Assembly (NCBI GenBank): GCA_965248535.1
Contig: CBDFJR010000005.1
Span: 832,001-896,000 of the forward strand
Source: Phormidesmis sp.
Lineage (GTDB): Bacteria > Cyanobacteriota > Cyanobacteriia > Leptolyngbyales > Leptolyngbyaceae
Direction: 5' to 3'
DNA: 64,000 bases
A program made the position numbers and the translations under genes. The notes beneath the pieces were generated by a model, which worked only from the letters and a program-made list of their open reading frames with translations, was not told the origin of the DNA and did not search any database. Shown here piece after piece: positions 43,398 through 56,541 of the stretch. Within the stretch, counting starts at the first letter, position 1. The number at the start of each line of letters is the position of its first letter.

Positions 43398-43470
43398 GGG
43401 GGTTTAGCTCAGTTGGTAGAGCGCCTGCTTTGCAAGCAGGATGTCAACGGTTCGAGTCCGTTAACCTCCA
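43398..43470 (+). tRNA. tRNA-Ala(TGC)
   Basis: GGGGGTTTAGCTCAG...TTTGCAA...GGTTCGAGTCC...ACCTCCA. Confidence 0.97.
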
Positions 43471-43692
43471 CTGAAAGCTGAGAGCTTTCTCCTGTCGTAG
43501 TCCGAGCCAGATTCAATTTCAGCAACTCGTCTAAATAATTAGAGAGCCTGCTGGACTTGTTCCAGACAGAACCATGAAAACTGCATAGAAACTTGTCAGG
43601 TAGAAAGTAGTGAATAACTAGCGATGAGCTGAAAGGCGAGTTGTTGGTTGTTCCCACAAATATCACAGACACCAATGTTGATTGATTGAAGT

Positions 43693-46579
<2,887 letters not shown>

Positions 46580-46664
46580 CTCATCTTCAACACGATAGTG
46601 TCAAAAGCAAGTTTCTATGCAGCCTTCATGGCTCTATCCTCCGATAGGAGAAAGCCCCAAGCTT

Positions 46665-46782
46665 TCCTGGTGTTTCTAGCGTCGTGGACCCACCCTGACC
46701 CATCTCGAACTCAGGTGTGAAACGTGACAGCGGCGAAGATAGTTGGAGGGTAGCCTCCCGCAAAAATAGCTCATCGCCAGGG
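46665..46782 (+). rRNA. rrf: 5S rRNA
   Basis: TCCTGGTG...CCATCTCGAACTCAG...GTGAAACG...CGCCAGG. Confidence 0.96.
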
Positions 46783-46796
46783 CAATTGTTAGAATG

Positions 46797-46829
46797 AAGC
46801 CTCCTTTCTTAGCTGAAGGGAGGCTTTGT
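46797..46829 (+). terminator. rRNA operon terminator
   Basis: AAGCCTCCTTTC...GAAGGGAGGCTT stem followed by TGT. Confidence 0.7.
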
Positions 46830-46939
46830 GCTGGCTGATGCTCTCTTCTTACCCTGTGGGTAAATCTTGTAGACCCATTTCACTTAAGTTGTGGTCAGAT
46901 TGTGGTCAGAACATCTGATCTGCAATCTACAATCAAGGC

Positions 46940-49696
46940 ATGGAAATTCTTTCGGTCAGCCTCAAAAACTTTAAATCTCACAGCGATCGCCATTTCCCGT
47001 TTCAGCCGGGCACTAATGCCATCTGTGGTGAAAATGGTGCTGGGAAGACAAGCATTTTAGAAGCGATCGCGTGGGTGCTGTTTGATCACAAGGGCGACTA
47101 TAAAACTGACGATTTGATTCGCAACGGGGCAGCGAGTGCCCAAGTGCGGGTCGCCTTTATTTCCAGTCACGATCAGCGAACTTATGAGGTTCAGCGCTGC
47201 ACCCGATCGGGCTATACGCTTTTTGATCCTCAAATTGGTGAGAAGCTTGCCTATACTCGCATTCGGGAGGAAGTTTTGCCTTGGCTGAGACAGCATCTGG
47301 GCGTAGTAGCGGGGACCGATTTAGCCAAGTTATTTTCTAATACGATCGGTGTGCCTCAGGGCACGTTTACAGCCGACTTTTTGCAGACTTCTGAGAGACG
47401 CAAGCCAATTTTTGATGCGATTCTCAAAGTTGAGGAGTACCGTCAGGCAAACCAGCAAATGCTGACGTTAGAGAAATATGCGAAGTCTGAGTCAGAGAGT
47501 TTAGAACGCACGATCGAGCACTTTGATGAATCGCTTGGAGAATGGGCGATTATCACTGAAAAACAGCAAACGGTGAGTCAAGAAATTGCACAACTCAATG
47601 CTGAGTTAATGCAGTGGCAACAACGGTTTAACCAACTGCAAGCCGAGCAAGCTCAGCTCAGCACTCAAGCGGCTCACATGCAGCAGATCACGAGCGAGTT
47701 AGAGAAGTTAACGTCTCAGATTCAATCTAAAAAACTGGAGGTTGATCGACTCACCCTAGAGTTAGAACAAGCTGAACAATCCGTTGAGATTTGCACGATT
47801 CATCGCACGAGTTACCAGACTTTTTTGCAAACTGAGATAACGCTACAGGCGCTAGAAAAAGATCGTGAGATACAACAGTCTTTGATGCAGCAGCGTCAGG
47901 GATTGACAAAACAGGAAAGCGATCGCCAAACTAAACTCGCCGCGATTAATCAACAGTTAGAGCGGCGTTCACAGATAGAATCAGAAATTCAACGTCTCGA
48001 ACCCATTATTCAACGCCAAATAGGGTTGGAACAGCAGCAGCAAGCATTCAGTCAACAGATTCAAACTTGTCAAAGCTGGCGACAAACGATTAGTCGCGAT
48101 CAAAAACGCCTAACTCAACTCGAAATCCGTCGTAGACAGGTAGGACAGGAGATTGAGGCTTTGGAGGCGTTTGGTGCGATCGTGCAAAAAATTCCGCAAC
48201 TCGAAGAACAACAGCAGCGATATCAGCAACAACTTAGCCGCATTGATGCTGCGACACAGTTTGAAGCTGATTTACGGCAAATTGTCACTCAAGCTCAGAC
48301 TCGCGAAGGCATCTACACTCAGCACATTCAATCTGCGACAGCAACGCTTAAAGAGCTTCAGCAGGCGGCTCCGAAGTGGGCATCTCATTTGACTGATGTG
48401 CTAGCAACTCTTGGCAATGGAGCCAAGCTGCAAGGGCAACTGATGTCTGACCTGGAAAGCATTTTGGCAGATCTGTCTGAGCAGCTACTGGCTGATCGCT
48501 TAAAGCAACACCTTCAACAAGTTCAAACCCAACTCCAAACGGCCCGTCAACAGCAAGGTCAATTTCTCAGCCTCGACACTAAGCTAGATGCCGAAGAAAG
48601 TTTAGCCGCTGAGATTGAGGAAGTGCGATCGCAGATTCTCAAGAGTCAAACTCAACTCACCCACGAGCCAGACCTACAGCAGCAGTTGGTCCATCTCACT
48701 AGACAGCTTCAAGACTTGGATGACCCCCGTGGAAAGACGCGGCTGTTGCAGCAAGAGTTGCAGCAGCAGACCACTTTAGAACAGCAGCCCAAACTTCAGG
48801 GTGCTTTGTTAGAGACTCAGAACGCGATCGCCCAGGTCGATGCTCAACTCGCAGACTTTGCACATTTGGCTGAACAGATTCGTGAACAGCAAACTCTACG
48901 AGACCAACATCGCGCCACTTATCAGCTTTATCTTGAGCATCAGCAGTTGGCAAACAGCTATCGGGGTCGCAAACAGCAGTTAGAAGAGGCGATCGCCCAA
49001 CTGCACGGCCATCAGGAACGGAGCACAGACTTCGCAACTCAGCAGGAACAACTAGCAGAAACCTTCGATCCCGTGCGAGTGACGATCGTGCAAACCGCCT
49101 ATCAAGAAGCAAGAGACAAACAAACTCAACTCACCGCCCAACTGCCCGAAAAAGTCAAACGACTTGAAGACTATGACGGGCAAATATCAAAGCTACAAAT
49201 CATTCAAGAAAAGCGGGATCATGCCCAAACTGAGATAAAGCGCAAACAGAAAGTTGAGCGCTTTATTAAATTCGCACGCAGGGCCTACAAAGACGCGGGC
49301 CCCCGCATCACCGAGCGCTATGTGCAAACTATCTCCCGCGAGGCAGATAAGCTGTTTCGAGAATTGCTCAACCGTCCCAATGTAGCGCTAGAGTGGACGC
49401 GAGACTATGAGATTGTTGTGCAAGAAGGTGCCCATTCTCGTCGATTGATTAATCTCTCTGGTGGTGAGCAAATGTGTGCAGCGCTGGCAGTCCGTCTCGC
49501 GTTGCTCAAGGTGCTAGCAGACATCAATATTGCGTTCTTTGACGAGCCAACAACCAATATGGATAAAGCTAGACGAGAGAGTTTGGCAGAAGCGATCGCC
49601 AATATCAAAACGTTCCGTCAGCTATTTGTGATCAGCCACGATGACACCTTCGAGAAAGTTACTGAAAATGTCATCTTAGTCGAACGCGAAGCTTGA
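46940..49696 (+). CDS. sbcC: SbcC/Rad50-like SMC ATPase
   Basis: NFKSH, GENGAGKT, long coiled coil, LSGGEQ, FFDEPT, VISH. Confidence 0.85.
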   Translation: MEILSVSLKNFKSHSDRHFPFQPGTNAICGENGAGKTSILEAIAWVLFDHKGDYKTDDLIRNGAASAQVRVAFISSHDQRTYEVQRCTRSGYTLFDPQIGEKLAYTRIREEVLPWLRQHLGVVAGTDLAKLFSNTIGVPQGTFTADFLQTSERRKPIFDAILKVEEYRQANQQMLTLEKYAKSESESLERTIEHFDESLGEWAIITEKQQTVSQEIAQLNAELMQWQQRFNQLQAEQAQLSTQAAHMQQITSELEKLTSQIQSKKLEVDRLTLELEQAEQSVEICTIHRTSYQTFLQTEITLQALEKDREIQQSLMQQRQGLTKQESDRQTKLAAINQQLERRSQIESEIQRLEPIIQRQIGLEQQQQAFSQQIQTCQSWRQTISRDQKRLTQLEIRRRQVGQEIEALEAFGAIVQKIPQLEEQQQRYQQQLSRIDAATQFEADLRQIVTQAQTREGIYTQHIQSATATLKELQQAAPKWASHLTDVLATLGNGAKLQGQLMSDLESILADLSEQLLADRLKQHLQQVQTQLQTARQQQGQFLSLDTKLDAEESLAAEIEEVRSQILKSQTQLTHEPDLQQQLVHLTRQLQDLDDPRGKTRLLQQELQQQTTLEQQPKLQGALLETQNAIAQVDAQLADFAHLAEQIREQQTLRDQHRATYQLYLEHQQLANSYRGRKQQLEEAIAQLHGHQERSTDFATQQEQLAETFDPVRVTIVQTAYQEARDKQTQLTAQLPEKVKRLEDYDGQISKLQIIQEKRDHAQTEIKRKQKVERFIKFARRAYKDAGPRITERYVQTISREADKLFRELLNRPNVALEWTRDYEIVVQEGAHSRRLINLSGGEQMCAALAVRLALLKVLADINIAFFDEPTTNMDKARRESLAEAIANIKTFRQLFVISHDDTFEKVTENVILVEREA

Positions 49697-49713
49697 TAGA
49701 AATCAGGCTGAAT

Positions 49714-50289
49714 CTACTTCCAGGCTCGTTGCTGATAGGTTTGCTTGCAGACCTTAAGAACTCGTTCATCATTGGCACTCAATTTTGCCAAGGGCTGAAA
49801 CCCTTCTAGGTTAATCTGAGTGACCGCAGGATTTCCACGAGTTGCAACGGCCGCCCCTTTAGCTAGGGCGATCGCATAGGGGTTTTCTGATTTGTCGTAG
49901 CTATCGACCACGGTCAACGCCAGATGATCGGCTTGAAACGAGCCATAAGCGCAGTCAAAGGACGATCGAGGCATGTATAAAGCGCCGAGCACCCTGCCTT
50001 GACGCACTTCAAAAACAAAATAAGCCTGCCCAATATGATCAGGCTCCGCAGACTGTCCATAGAGATAGACCCCATCCGTCAAGCTAGAAGGTTTGGCAGC
50101 CGTGAGGACAGGTTTCTCTAGAGCGTCAACAAGCCGATTTTGAGGAGTAGCTTGAGCAGGGGATGCTGACTGAGCAGGTAACCCGATCGACATCAGCCCG
50201 GCCGTTAGCGACATGCCCGCCGCGAGCCGCGTCAGATTCTTTAGAGGCGCAATGGTCAAAAAAGGTAAAGAGAAAAATTGCGTCTTCAT
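49714..50289 (-). CDS. conserved cyanobacterial exported hypothetical protein
   Basis: Signal peptide; DGVYLYGQS..PD.IG..Y.VFEV..G...GA.YMPRSSFDC. Confidence 0.75.
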   Translation of the reverse strand: MKTQFFSLPFLTIAPLKNLTRLAAGMSLTAGLMSIGLPAQSASPAQATPQNRLVDALEKPVLTAAKPSSLTDGVYLYGQSAEPDHIGQAYFVFEVRQGRVLGALYMPRSSFDCAYGSFQADHLALTVVDSYDKSENPYAIALAKGAAVATRGNPAVTQINLEGFQPLAKLSANDERVLKVCKQTYQQRAWK

Positions 50290-50484
50290 CGGGGTGCCCT
50301 CACATCAAACGATACAAATTGGTGGAAAACGATCCTGAAATCAAGAGACAGCTAGCGAATGATTAAGAGAGAACCGTTGAGGAATTTGCTGACTCAAAAC
50401 GAGTAACTAACCTTCTCAGCGCTACGCCTTATCAAGAGATAAAATCCAGTCTAGAGGCGCTAATGCAAGACTCATTGCGACGTG

Positions 50485-50615
50485 AGGTTTTGACCTAGCG
50501 AACGTTACCTGGTTTCTATCAAACCACTCTGTCAGGTTTGCATCACTGCTCTTGGTGCCAGTCAGCTTACTGACCACTGTTGGGGGCTTCAACGTCAGTT
50601 TGATAAATTGCTGAA
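50485..50615 (-). ncRNA. 6S RNA (SsaA/SsrS)-like structured RNA
   Basis: Minus strand AACAGTGG...GGCACCAAGAGCAGTGATGCAAACC...AGGTAACG resembles my recollection of the cyanobacterial 6S core; internal hairpins present; ends approximate. Confidence 0.45.
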
Positions 50616-50780
50616 AGTCTTATCAATACTTAACAGTGTCTTTGTCTGAAGTGACATTTGCTCTTAGGCTACCATACAGAAAGTGCCAAGCAAATCACCC
50701 ATTTTGAATAGTAATAAGACGTTAATATTGGCTCACCGATGGCTCGATTCTAGAAAGACCGAGCGGGCTATTACGCAGAT

Positions 50781-50824
50781 TAAAAAAGAGGGGAAGAAGA
50801 ACGATCGCCCCTTTCCCCCTTCTT
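50781..50824 (-). terminator. intrinsic terminator downstream of the sigma factor gene
   Basis: Minus strand AAGAAGGGGGAAAG...CTTCCCCTCTTTTTT hairpin plus U-tract. Confidence 0.65.
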
Positions 50825-50866
50825 AAACAGGACTTGAATCCTGTGTCTCTTCACACGGGCGATCGC

Positions 50867-51850
50867 CTAACTAGCGATATACTCGCGCACGTTAGCCTTA
50901 CGGCGACGTAGATGATCCAACGCTTGCCGCTCTAACTGGCGCACCCGTTCACGGCTAAGATTAAGCCGTTCGCCCACTTTTGCCAGCGATAGCTCATAGC
51001 CGTCATCTAGCCCATAGCGCAGAGTCAAGACTTCTCGCTGCTGAGGCGTTAGCTCAGTCAATAGGGTGTTTAGGTCGTTTCGCAGAGACTCTTGAGTCAT
51101 ATAGTTCTCTGGAGACGGGCCATCGTCTTCGAGCAAGTCTTGTAACTCGGTGTCTTGATTGTCACCGACCCGCAAATCAAGCGAGACAGGCTGACGAGAC
51201 AAAATCAGAAACTCACGAATCTGCTCTGGCTCAAGCTCAAGCTCTTGGGCAATCTCAACGGCAGACGGGCTGCGACCGAGCTTTTGAGATAGCTCACGCT
51301 GAACTCGCTTGATCTTATTCAGCTTCTCAGTGATGTGAATCGGCAAGCGAATCGTGCGGGCTTGTTGGGCGATCGCCCGCGTGATCGCCTGACGAATCCA
51401 CCAGTAAGCGTAGGTCGAGAACTTGTAGCCGCGAGTTGGGTCAAACTTCTCAACGCCGCGCTCTAGCCCCAGTGAGCCTTCTTGAATCAGATCTAAAAAC
51501 TCAAGGTTGCGCTTTTGATATTTTTTGGCGATCGACACCACCAACCGCAAGTTCGCCTCGATCATCTTCTGCTTGGCCCGGCGACCGCGATGCAAAATGC
51601 TAGTCAACTCGGTTTCGCTGATCTGAACGTGATCGGCAAACTCTTGGGAGGTTGGCTCGTGATCTAGCTTCTTAGCAAGAGCGTCCTTTTTCTCTTGCAA
51701 CGTCATCATCTGCTGCACTTGCTTGCCTAAAACAATCTCTTGTTCATGGGTCAGCATGGGCACGCGACCAATTTCGTGCAAGTAAGTCCGCACCATATCT
51801 GCCGAGAAGGGGGACTTAGTAGTCTTTTCTTTAGAGTTGGCAGTAGCCAT
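50867..51850 (-). CDS. sigB: group 2 RNA polymerase sigma factor (SigB-like)
   Basis: [52 protein letters not shown]; no region 1.1. Paralog name less certain than family. Confidence 0.85.
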   Translation of the reverse strand: MATANSKEKTTKSPFSADMVRTYLHEIGRVPMLTHEQEIVLGKQVQQMMTLQEKKDALAKKLDHEPTSQEFADHVQISETELTSILHRGRRAKQKMIEANLRLVVSIAKKYQKRNLEFLDLIQEGSLGLERGVEKFDPTRGYKFSTYAYWWIRQAITRAIAQQARTIRLPIHITEKLNKIKRVQRELSQKLGRSPSAVEIAQELELEPEQIREFLILSRQPVSLDLRVGDNQDTELQDLLEDDGPSPENYMTQESLRNDLNTLLTELTPQQREVLTLRYGLDDGYELSLAKVGERLNLSRERVRQLERQALDHLRRRKANVREYIAS

Positions 51851-52690
51851 GGTTGCAGTGAACTCCGTGAATAAAAATCTGTGGGGACGTAGAAATTTGA
51901 AAGAGGCACTGGCTTCCCTCTGAAGGTCAGCCAGGGTATAAAAAACTTATCTCTCGGTATGTGGATGCCGAAGCCTTGAGAGAGCGAATGAAGAACGGCA
52001 CTCAATCAATGGGAAATCAATGAGAACTGGGAATGGGGAAGTAGCAGGTCAGCGATCGAACCGAAGAGCATAGGGACTGCTGTCACCGATCTAGGGAAGG
52101 CGGCTTATCTTGAAGTCAGTCCGAGTTCGATTTCTATATATTATGACAAATAATGTCTGAAGTAAAGGGAAAATAGTCCTCCAATTGGATGGTTTTTGGG
52201 AGATTTAGGTCATGAGATTTTCAAGATCGGCTTCACGTCAAGGAAGGGTGAAATTGAACTGAGAGTAAACCAGGCTCTAGGGTCAGGGTCAAACCGTTAC
52301 TTCACTTATAATCTCTCATTAACTATAGATTTGATAGTGTAATAGATGGAGGATAACCGAACCTGGTCAAGTGGTGAAGTGAGACAACCTGAACAAATTA
52401 TGAAAAAATCATGAAATGACATTAAAAGCTTGTCTGTCATGAGTTGCACTGATTTTATTAGGGCACGAAAGGTATTAGGGCTGATTTGAATGGGTTCTCC
52501 TATGCAAATCGCCTTAGTGAGAATACAAGAAAGATATGACGGGGGTGTGTCGCTCAGTTAGAGAATGAATTACTACAGTCCTTTTGGGACAAATAAGGCT
52601 GAAAATCAATGAATGGTTGGGCAACGCAGACGCGGCTGAGTTGGTGATTGAATAGAACCTAAGAGTTAAGATCAGGACTGATCGGCGATC

Positions 52691-54422
52691 TTAAAACCCT
52701 AAATCAGCCTTTGCTACTTCTGCTGCTTTAAAGACCTGCTCGTTGGGCAATTCTTCCCAGGGAATGTCGCCGATTTCGGTGTAGAACGCTTCATCATAGG
52801 GGCGCGTGCGGATCACGACGGGCATTGGGACAGCATGGCCGAGGATGAGAGCTTGTTGCTTAGAGTCGAGTTTTGAGAGCACCGATCGTAGACTCTGAGC
52901 GCCTGACACCCCGGTAAAAATCGCGTCGATGTCTTTCTCATCATTCAATAGAGCGGTGATGCGAGTCCCGATTTGAGACATGACTTCGTTATCGATGCCA
53001 GACGGACGTTGGTCTACTACGAGCAGCGTGACGAAAGTATTTTCGCATCTCACGGGCGATCGTGCCAAAAATCGTCTGTCCAACGGTGGCAGGGTCGAGA
53101 AAGCGGTGGGCTTCTTCGATCGTGATCACGAGTTGACGAGGACGATCGCTGACATTTTTAGTCTGCAAAAACTTCTCAGCTTTGCGAACATAAGCCTGGT
53201 GAATGCGCCGCGCAATGATGTTGGTTGCCAACATATAAGACAGCAAATTTGACTGCGAGCCAAATTCTACGACGACGTGTTTGCCAGTTTCTAAGCACTC
53301 TAAAACTTGATCGACGTAGTTGTGAGGGCAACTGTTCCGAATGTATTTCAGATCATCAAGTCGATTTAGCTTGCGTTGCAGAGCCATGATCGATGATTTG
53401 CTGCCCATCTTGGTTTCACAAAATTCTTGAATCTCGCCGTTGCTCATGGTCATGAGGCGATTGATCCAGGCTTTGCCAAACTCGTTGCGAAGAATGACCG
53501 CGTTTTCAAGGCTGGCTTCTGAGAGATTAAGCTCTCCGCGCACCAGCATTAGATCCTCGACTTCAAGCTGGTCATAGCCGATGTAGAGTTCTTGAGCGTC
53601 GCGCACGCCTCTGCGCTTGGTCGAGTCGGGGTCGAGAGTGAAGATTTGCACCTGTCCGGGAAAGAGTTGCCGCAGCCCTTTAACGGTGCTGAAGTGTTTG
53701 CCTTCGCGGGTGGCCTCCCAGCCATATTCAGAGTGCATATCAAAGATCAAATTGACGGCTGCTTGTTTGCGAATGATGCCCGACAGCAGCAATCGTGTCA
53801 GAAACGATTTCCCGGTGCCTGACTTGCCGAATACGCCGTTACTGCGTTCGACAAAGCGATCGAGGTCGATGCAAATCGGCACTTCCATATCGATCGGTTG
53901 TCCGATCGCAAAGTTGCGTCGCGTGGGATCATCCTCCCAGCCGAAGACAGCCCGAAAGTCACGATCGCTGGCATCAAACACCTGACTAAAGTGACTGGGA
54001 ATGGTTTTAACGGGCAGCAACTCAATATTGGCGCTGCTGTTTGGCTCGTAAGATGCGGCGGCGGTTTTGGATTTGGATTTCTTTTTTGAAAGGTTGTTGG
54101 CGGCTTGGGCCTCGCTCATCGCCGCTTCGGGCGTAAACATCAGCATGGGCGTGAGGGCGATCGTGCCATAGGTGCCGCTGCCTGCGAGCACTTCTTGCAT
54201 GAAGGTGTTGCTCGGATCAGGAGGATTGGCCACGATGCGGGGGCTGCTGGTGCCGAGAGACACGTCGGTGAGCATACAGAAAAAGCGCGATCGCACACCT
54301 TGGACGACTAAAAATTTGCCGACGCGCATCTCTTCAACTGAGACATCGGGGTGCAGGCGCACTTCTAACCCTTGGCTTAATGAACCTTGGGTTACGGAAC
54401 CTAACGGTTTTTCTGGATTCAT
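52691..54422 (-). pseudogene. herA: HerA-like (DUF87) ATPase with a single +1 frameshift
   Basis: GKSGTGKS, IEEAHRF; expected AREMRKYFVTLLVVDQRPS is split between ORFs 52989-54422 and 52691-53083 by an extra T (AAA at 53034-53036 on +). May be a sequencing error. Confidence 0.8.
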
Positions 54423-54485
54423 GACGAGCCTCGATCGACCTTCTGGTTTATCGTACCGCGATTTTAGAAGGTCAATACAAGCGTT

Positions 54486-55172
54486 CTATATTTTGAGAAT
54501 GTAAACGATCGCGAAACAAAAGGGAATCAACTCTCCTCTTTGATTTTTGCTTTTGAAAAGTCGCACCATTTCGTCTTCTGTTAGGTCTTCAATCATGAGA
54601 ATGGCGGTGTCGATCGCAGCTTTTCGGAGGTTTTCGAGTTTTTTATTTTTAGTGCCGAGATTGAGTATTGCAATGGTTGCTGAAGCATCTCCCGAGTGGT
54701 CAAAATCCTCTTTTGCCCAGATTGCTCCACTAGAAGCGTCATATCTGAAGAATGCCTCACAGTCAAACTGTAGGGGTGAGATTGGAAGTGGGCGATCGCC
54801 TCGTTTAATTCCGCAGCGATCTGAACAAGAAAGTAGATTCTCAAATCTTTCTTCTGCCCATTCTTTCTGATATTTTTCTTTGCGCCACTGTTCAGAAATA
54901 CCACAAGAAGCTAGAAGATATTGGTAGTTGATTGTCTCTGATGGATCGGTGAAAGAACTCTGAGACGGAAGATGTTCGATATGGCTATTTTCTAACCTGA
55001 CCTCTACTCCGCAATAGCAGCAAATGTAACCTTGATCAGCCAACAGCGCGTTATGTAAATCTGTTCTCTCTGAACCTCTTAAGTCACTATAACTAGCTGA
55101 CCAGTTTTCGTCGCCTAATGCTTTCCATGCTGTAAGGCTAGACGGTTCTTGACCCTTTTGAATATACTTCAT
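54486..55172 (-). CDS. HNH endonuclease, TIGR02646/PtuB-like
   Basis: MKYIQKGQEP, DQGYICCYC, HIEH, LLASC, C..K.G, TI.ILNL. Confidence 0.85.
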   Translation of the reverse strand: MKYIQKGQEPSSLTAWKALGDENWSASYSDLRGSERTDLHNALLADQGYICCYCGVEVRLENSHIEHLPSQSSFTDPSETINYQYLLASCGISEQWRKEKYQKEWAEERFENLLSCSDRCGIKRGDRPLPISPLQFDCEAFFRYDASSGAIWAKEDFDHSGDASATIAILNLGTKNKKLENLRKAAIDTAILMIEDLTEDEMVRLFKSKNQRGELIPFCFAIVYILKI

Positions 55173-56491
55173 CGACCAATGACTTCATGACGACGGATTA
55201 AAATTTCAGCTTTGACAAATTCTGATTCATCATCGCCGATTTTCTCTGCCATTTCTTTTTTGAGTGCTCTTGCTGCTTCAAGATCGCCGTCTTCAATCAA
55301 TCGAAAAAGTTTTCTTAGCTGTTCTTTAATTTCGATCGATCGACTATCTGCTTCCATTTCATCTTCCAGAATTTCGGCGCTATCTCTTCCGTAGGTTTGT
55401 AGAGATTCAGCAATGATTCCATCAGAAGTTGACTTGAGCCGATAAACTTTACCTTTGACTTCTCCTAAAACTTGAGGCGAATGAGTGGTAACGATAAATT
55501 GACAGTTTGGAAAGGTTCGGGTGAGGGCAGGAACGATATCACGCTGCCACTTTGGATGAAGATGTAACTCGATTTCATCAATCAGGACAACGCCTTCGCC
55601 TTGAAGAGGATCAGGTAGACCGGGGTTAGCGATCGCCAGTCTTCGCGCCAAATCTCCCACCATCGCTAATAGACATTTCTCACCGTCTGAAAGCTGATTG
55701 ATAATCAGTTCTTGACCCTGTTTTTGAACGGTCATGCGGAGGGGCGATCGCCGCACTCGCAGATTTGAAAACCCAGGAAGAAACTCAGTAATTGCTTTTC
55801 GGATCGCTTCTAACTTACGATCAAGATAGACAAAATCATCTCGTCTTTCTTCATTTTCTAGATCTTCTAAAACCCTGAACCATTTAAAGAACTGCTGAAA
55901 TGTAACCTCTTTCTCTCCTAAAGCTTGATTGTAGGCACGTAGCTGGAAGATGGAGTTAAAGCGGTCTAAATCTGCTTGAAAGAAGAATTCATCTGAAGGT
56001 TCCAAATCAACGTTAAGAGTTGTTCTATTCACAGAATAGTGAACCACTAAAGGTATGTTACCTTCCGGACTGTCTTGCCATTTAGTTATTAACTCTTTAG
56101 TAGTTCGTTTCAAACCTTCATCATAAATGTATTCAGCTTGAACGTGCATCATTTTTCTAATTGACCAACTTATATTTTCAGAGTTGAAGTCAATAAGAAT
56201 ATTTAAATCTGCTTGACCTCGGTTATTGTTAATGTCTTGATCGCTTAATGAAGAGTAAAGAGGAGATTGTTGTTTTCTTGCATTAAATATACGAGAGATA
56301 GAATCAGAATCGTCATAGTTATCTCCTAGAACTAGCGAAGCAAAGAGGGAAAATAAAATACCAAGGCAATCCAGGAGCGTAGATTTACCAGCGCCATTGT
56401 TGCCGATCAGCACAGTGATATTTGAATCGAAATCTAGCGTCAGATTATCGATGCCCCGAAATGATTGCACTATCAGACGTTTAACTTTCAT
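55169..56491 (-). CDS. ABC-type AAA ATPase, PtuA-like
   Basis: GNNGAGKST, LSDGEK, VLIDEIELHLHP, TTHSP; ATGA overlap with the HNH gene. Confidence 0.88.
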   Translation of the reverse strand: MKVKRLIVQSFRGIDNLTLDFDSNITVLIGNNGAGKSTLLDCLGILFSLFASLVLGDNYDDSDSISRIFNARKQQSPLYSSLSDQDINNNRGQADLNILIDFNSENISWSIRKMMHVQAEYIYDEGLKRTTKELITKWQDSPEGNIPLVVHYSVNRTTLNVDLEPSDEFFFQADLDRFNSIFQLRAYNQALGEKEVTFQQFFKWFRVLEDLENEERRDDFVYLDRKLEAIRKAITEFLPGFSNLRVRRSPLRMTVQKQGQELIINQLSDGEKCLLAMVGDLARRLAIANPGLPDPLQGEGVVLIDEIELHLHPKWQRDIVPALTRTFPNCQFIVTTHSPQVLGEVKGKVYRLKSTSDGIIAESLQTYGRDSAEILEDEMEADSRSIEIKEQLRKLFRLIEDGDLEAARALKKEMAEKIGDDESEFVKAEILIRRHEVIGR

Positions 56492-56503
56492 GCTTCTCCA
56501 TCA

Positions 56504-56530
56504 GTGGGACAGGCAAGACACCCATCCCAC
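56504..56530. repeat. short imperfect palindrome (REP-like) at the ATPase/GST junction
   Basis: GTGGGA-caggcaagacaccca-TCCCAC. Confidence 0.4.
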
Positions 56531-56541
56531 AGAATAACGGA

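Noticed and set aside
50500..50600. Glycine, SAM or TPP riboswitch upstream of the 49714-50289 gene
   Set aside because: Only fragmentary word matches; the core consensus of each class is missing. The 6S-like reading fits better.
54486..56491. Complete retron
   Set aside because: No reverse transcriptase in the window and only about 50-65 nt of flanking intergenic space.
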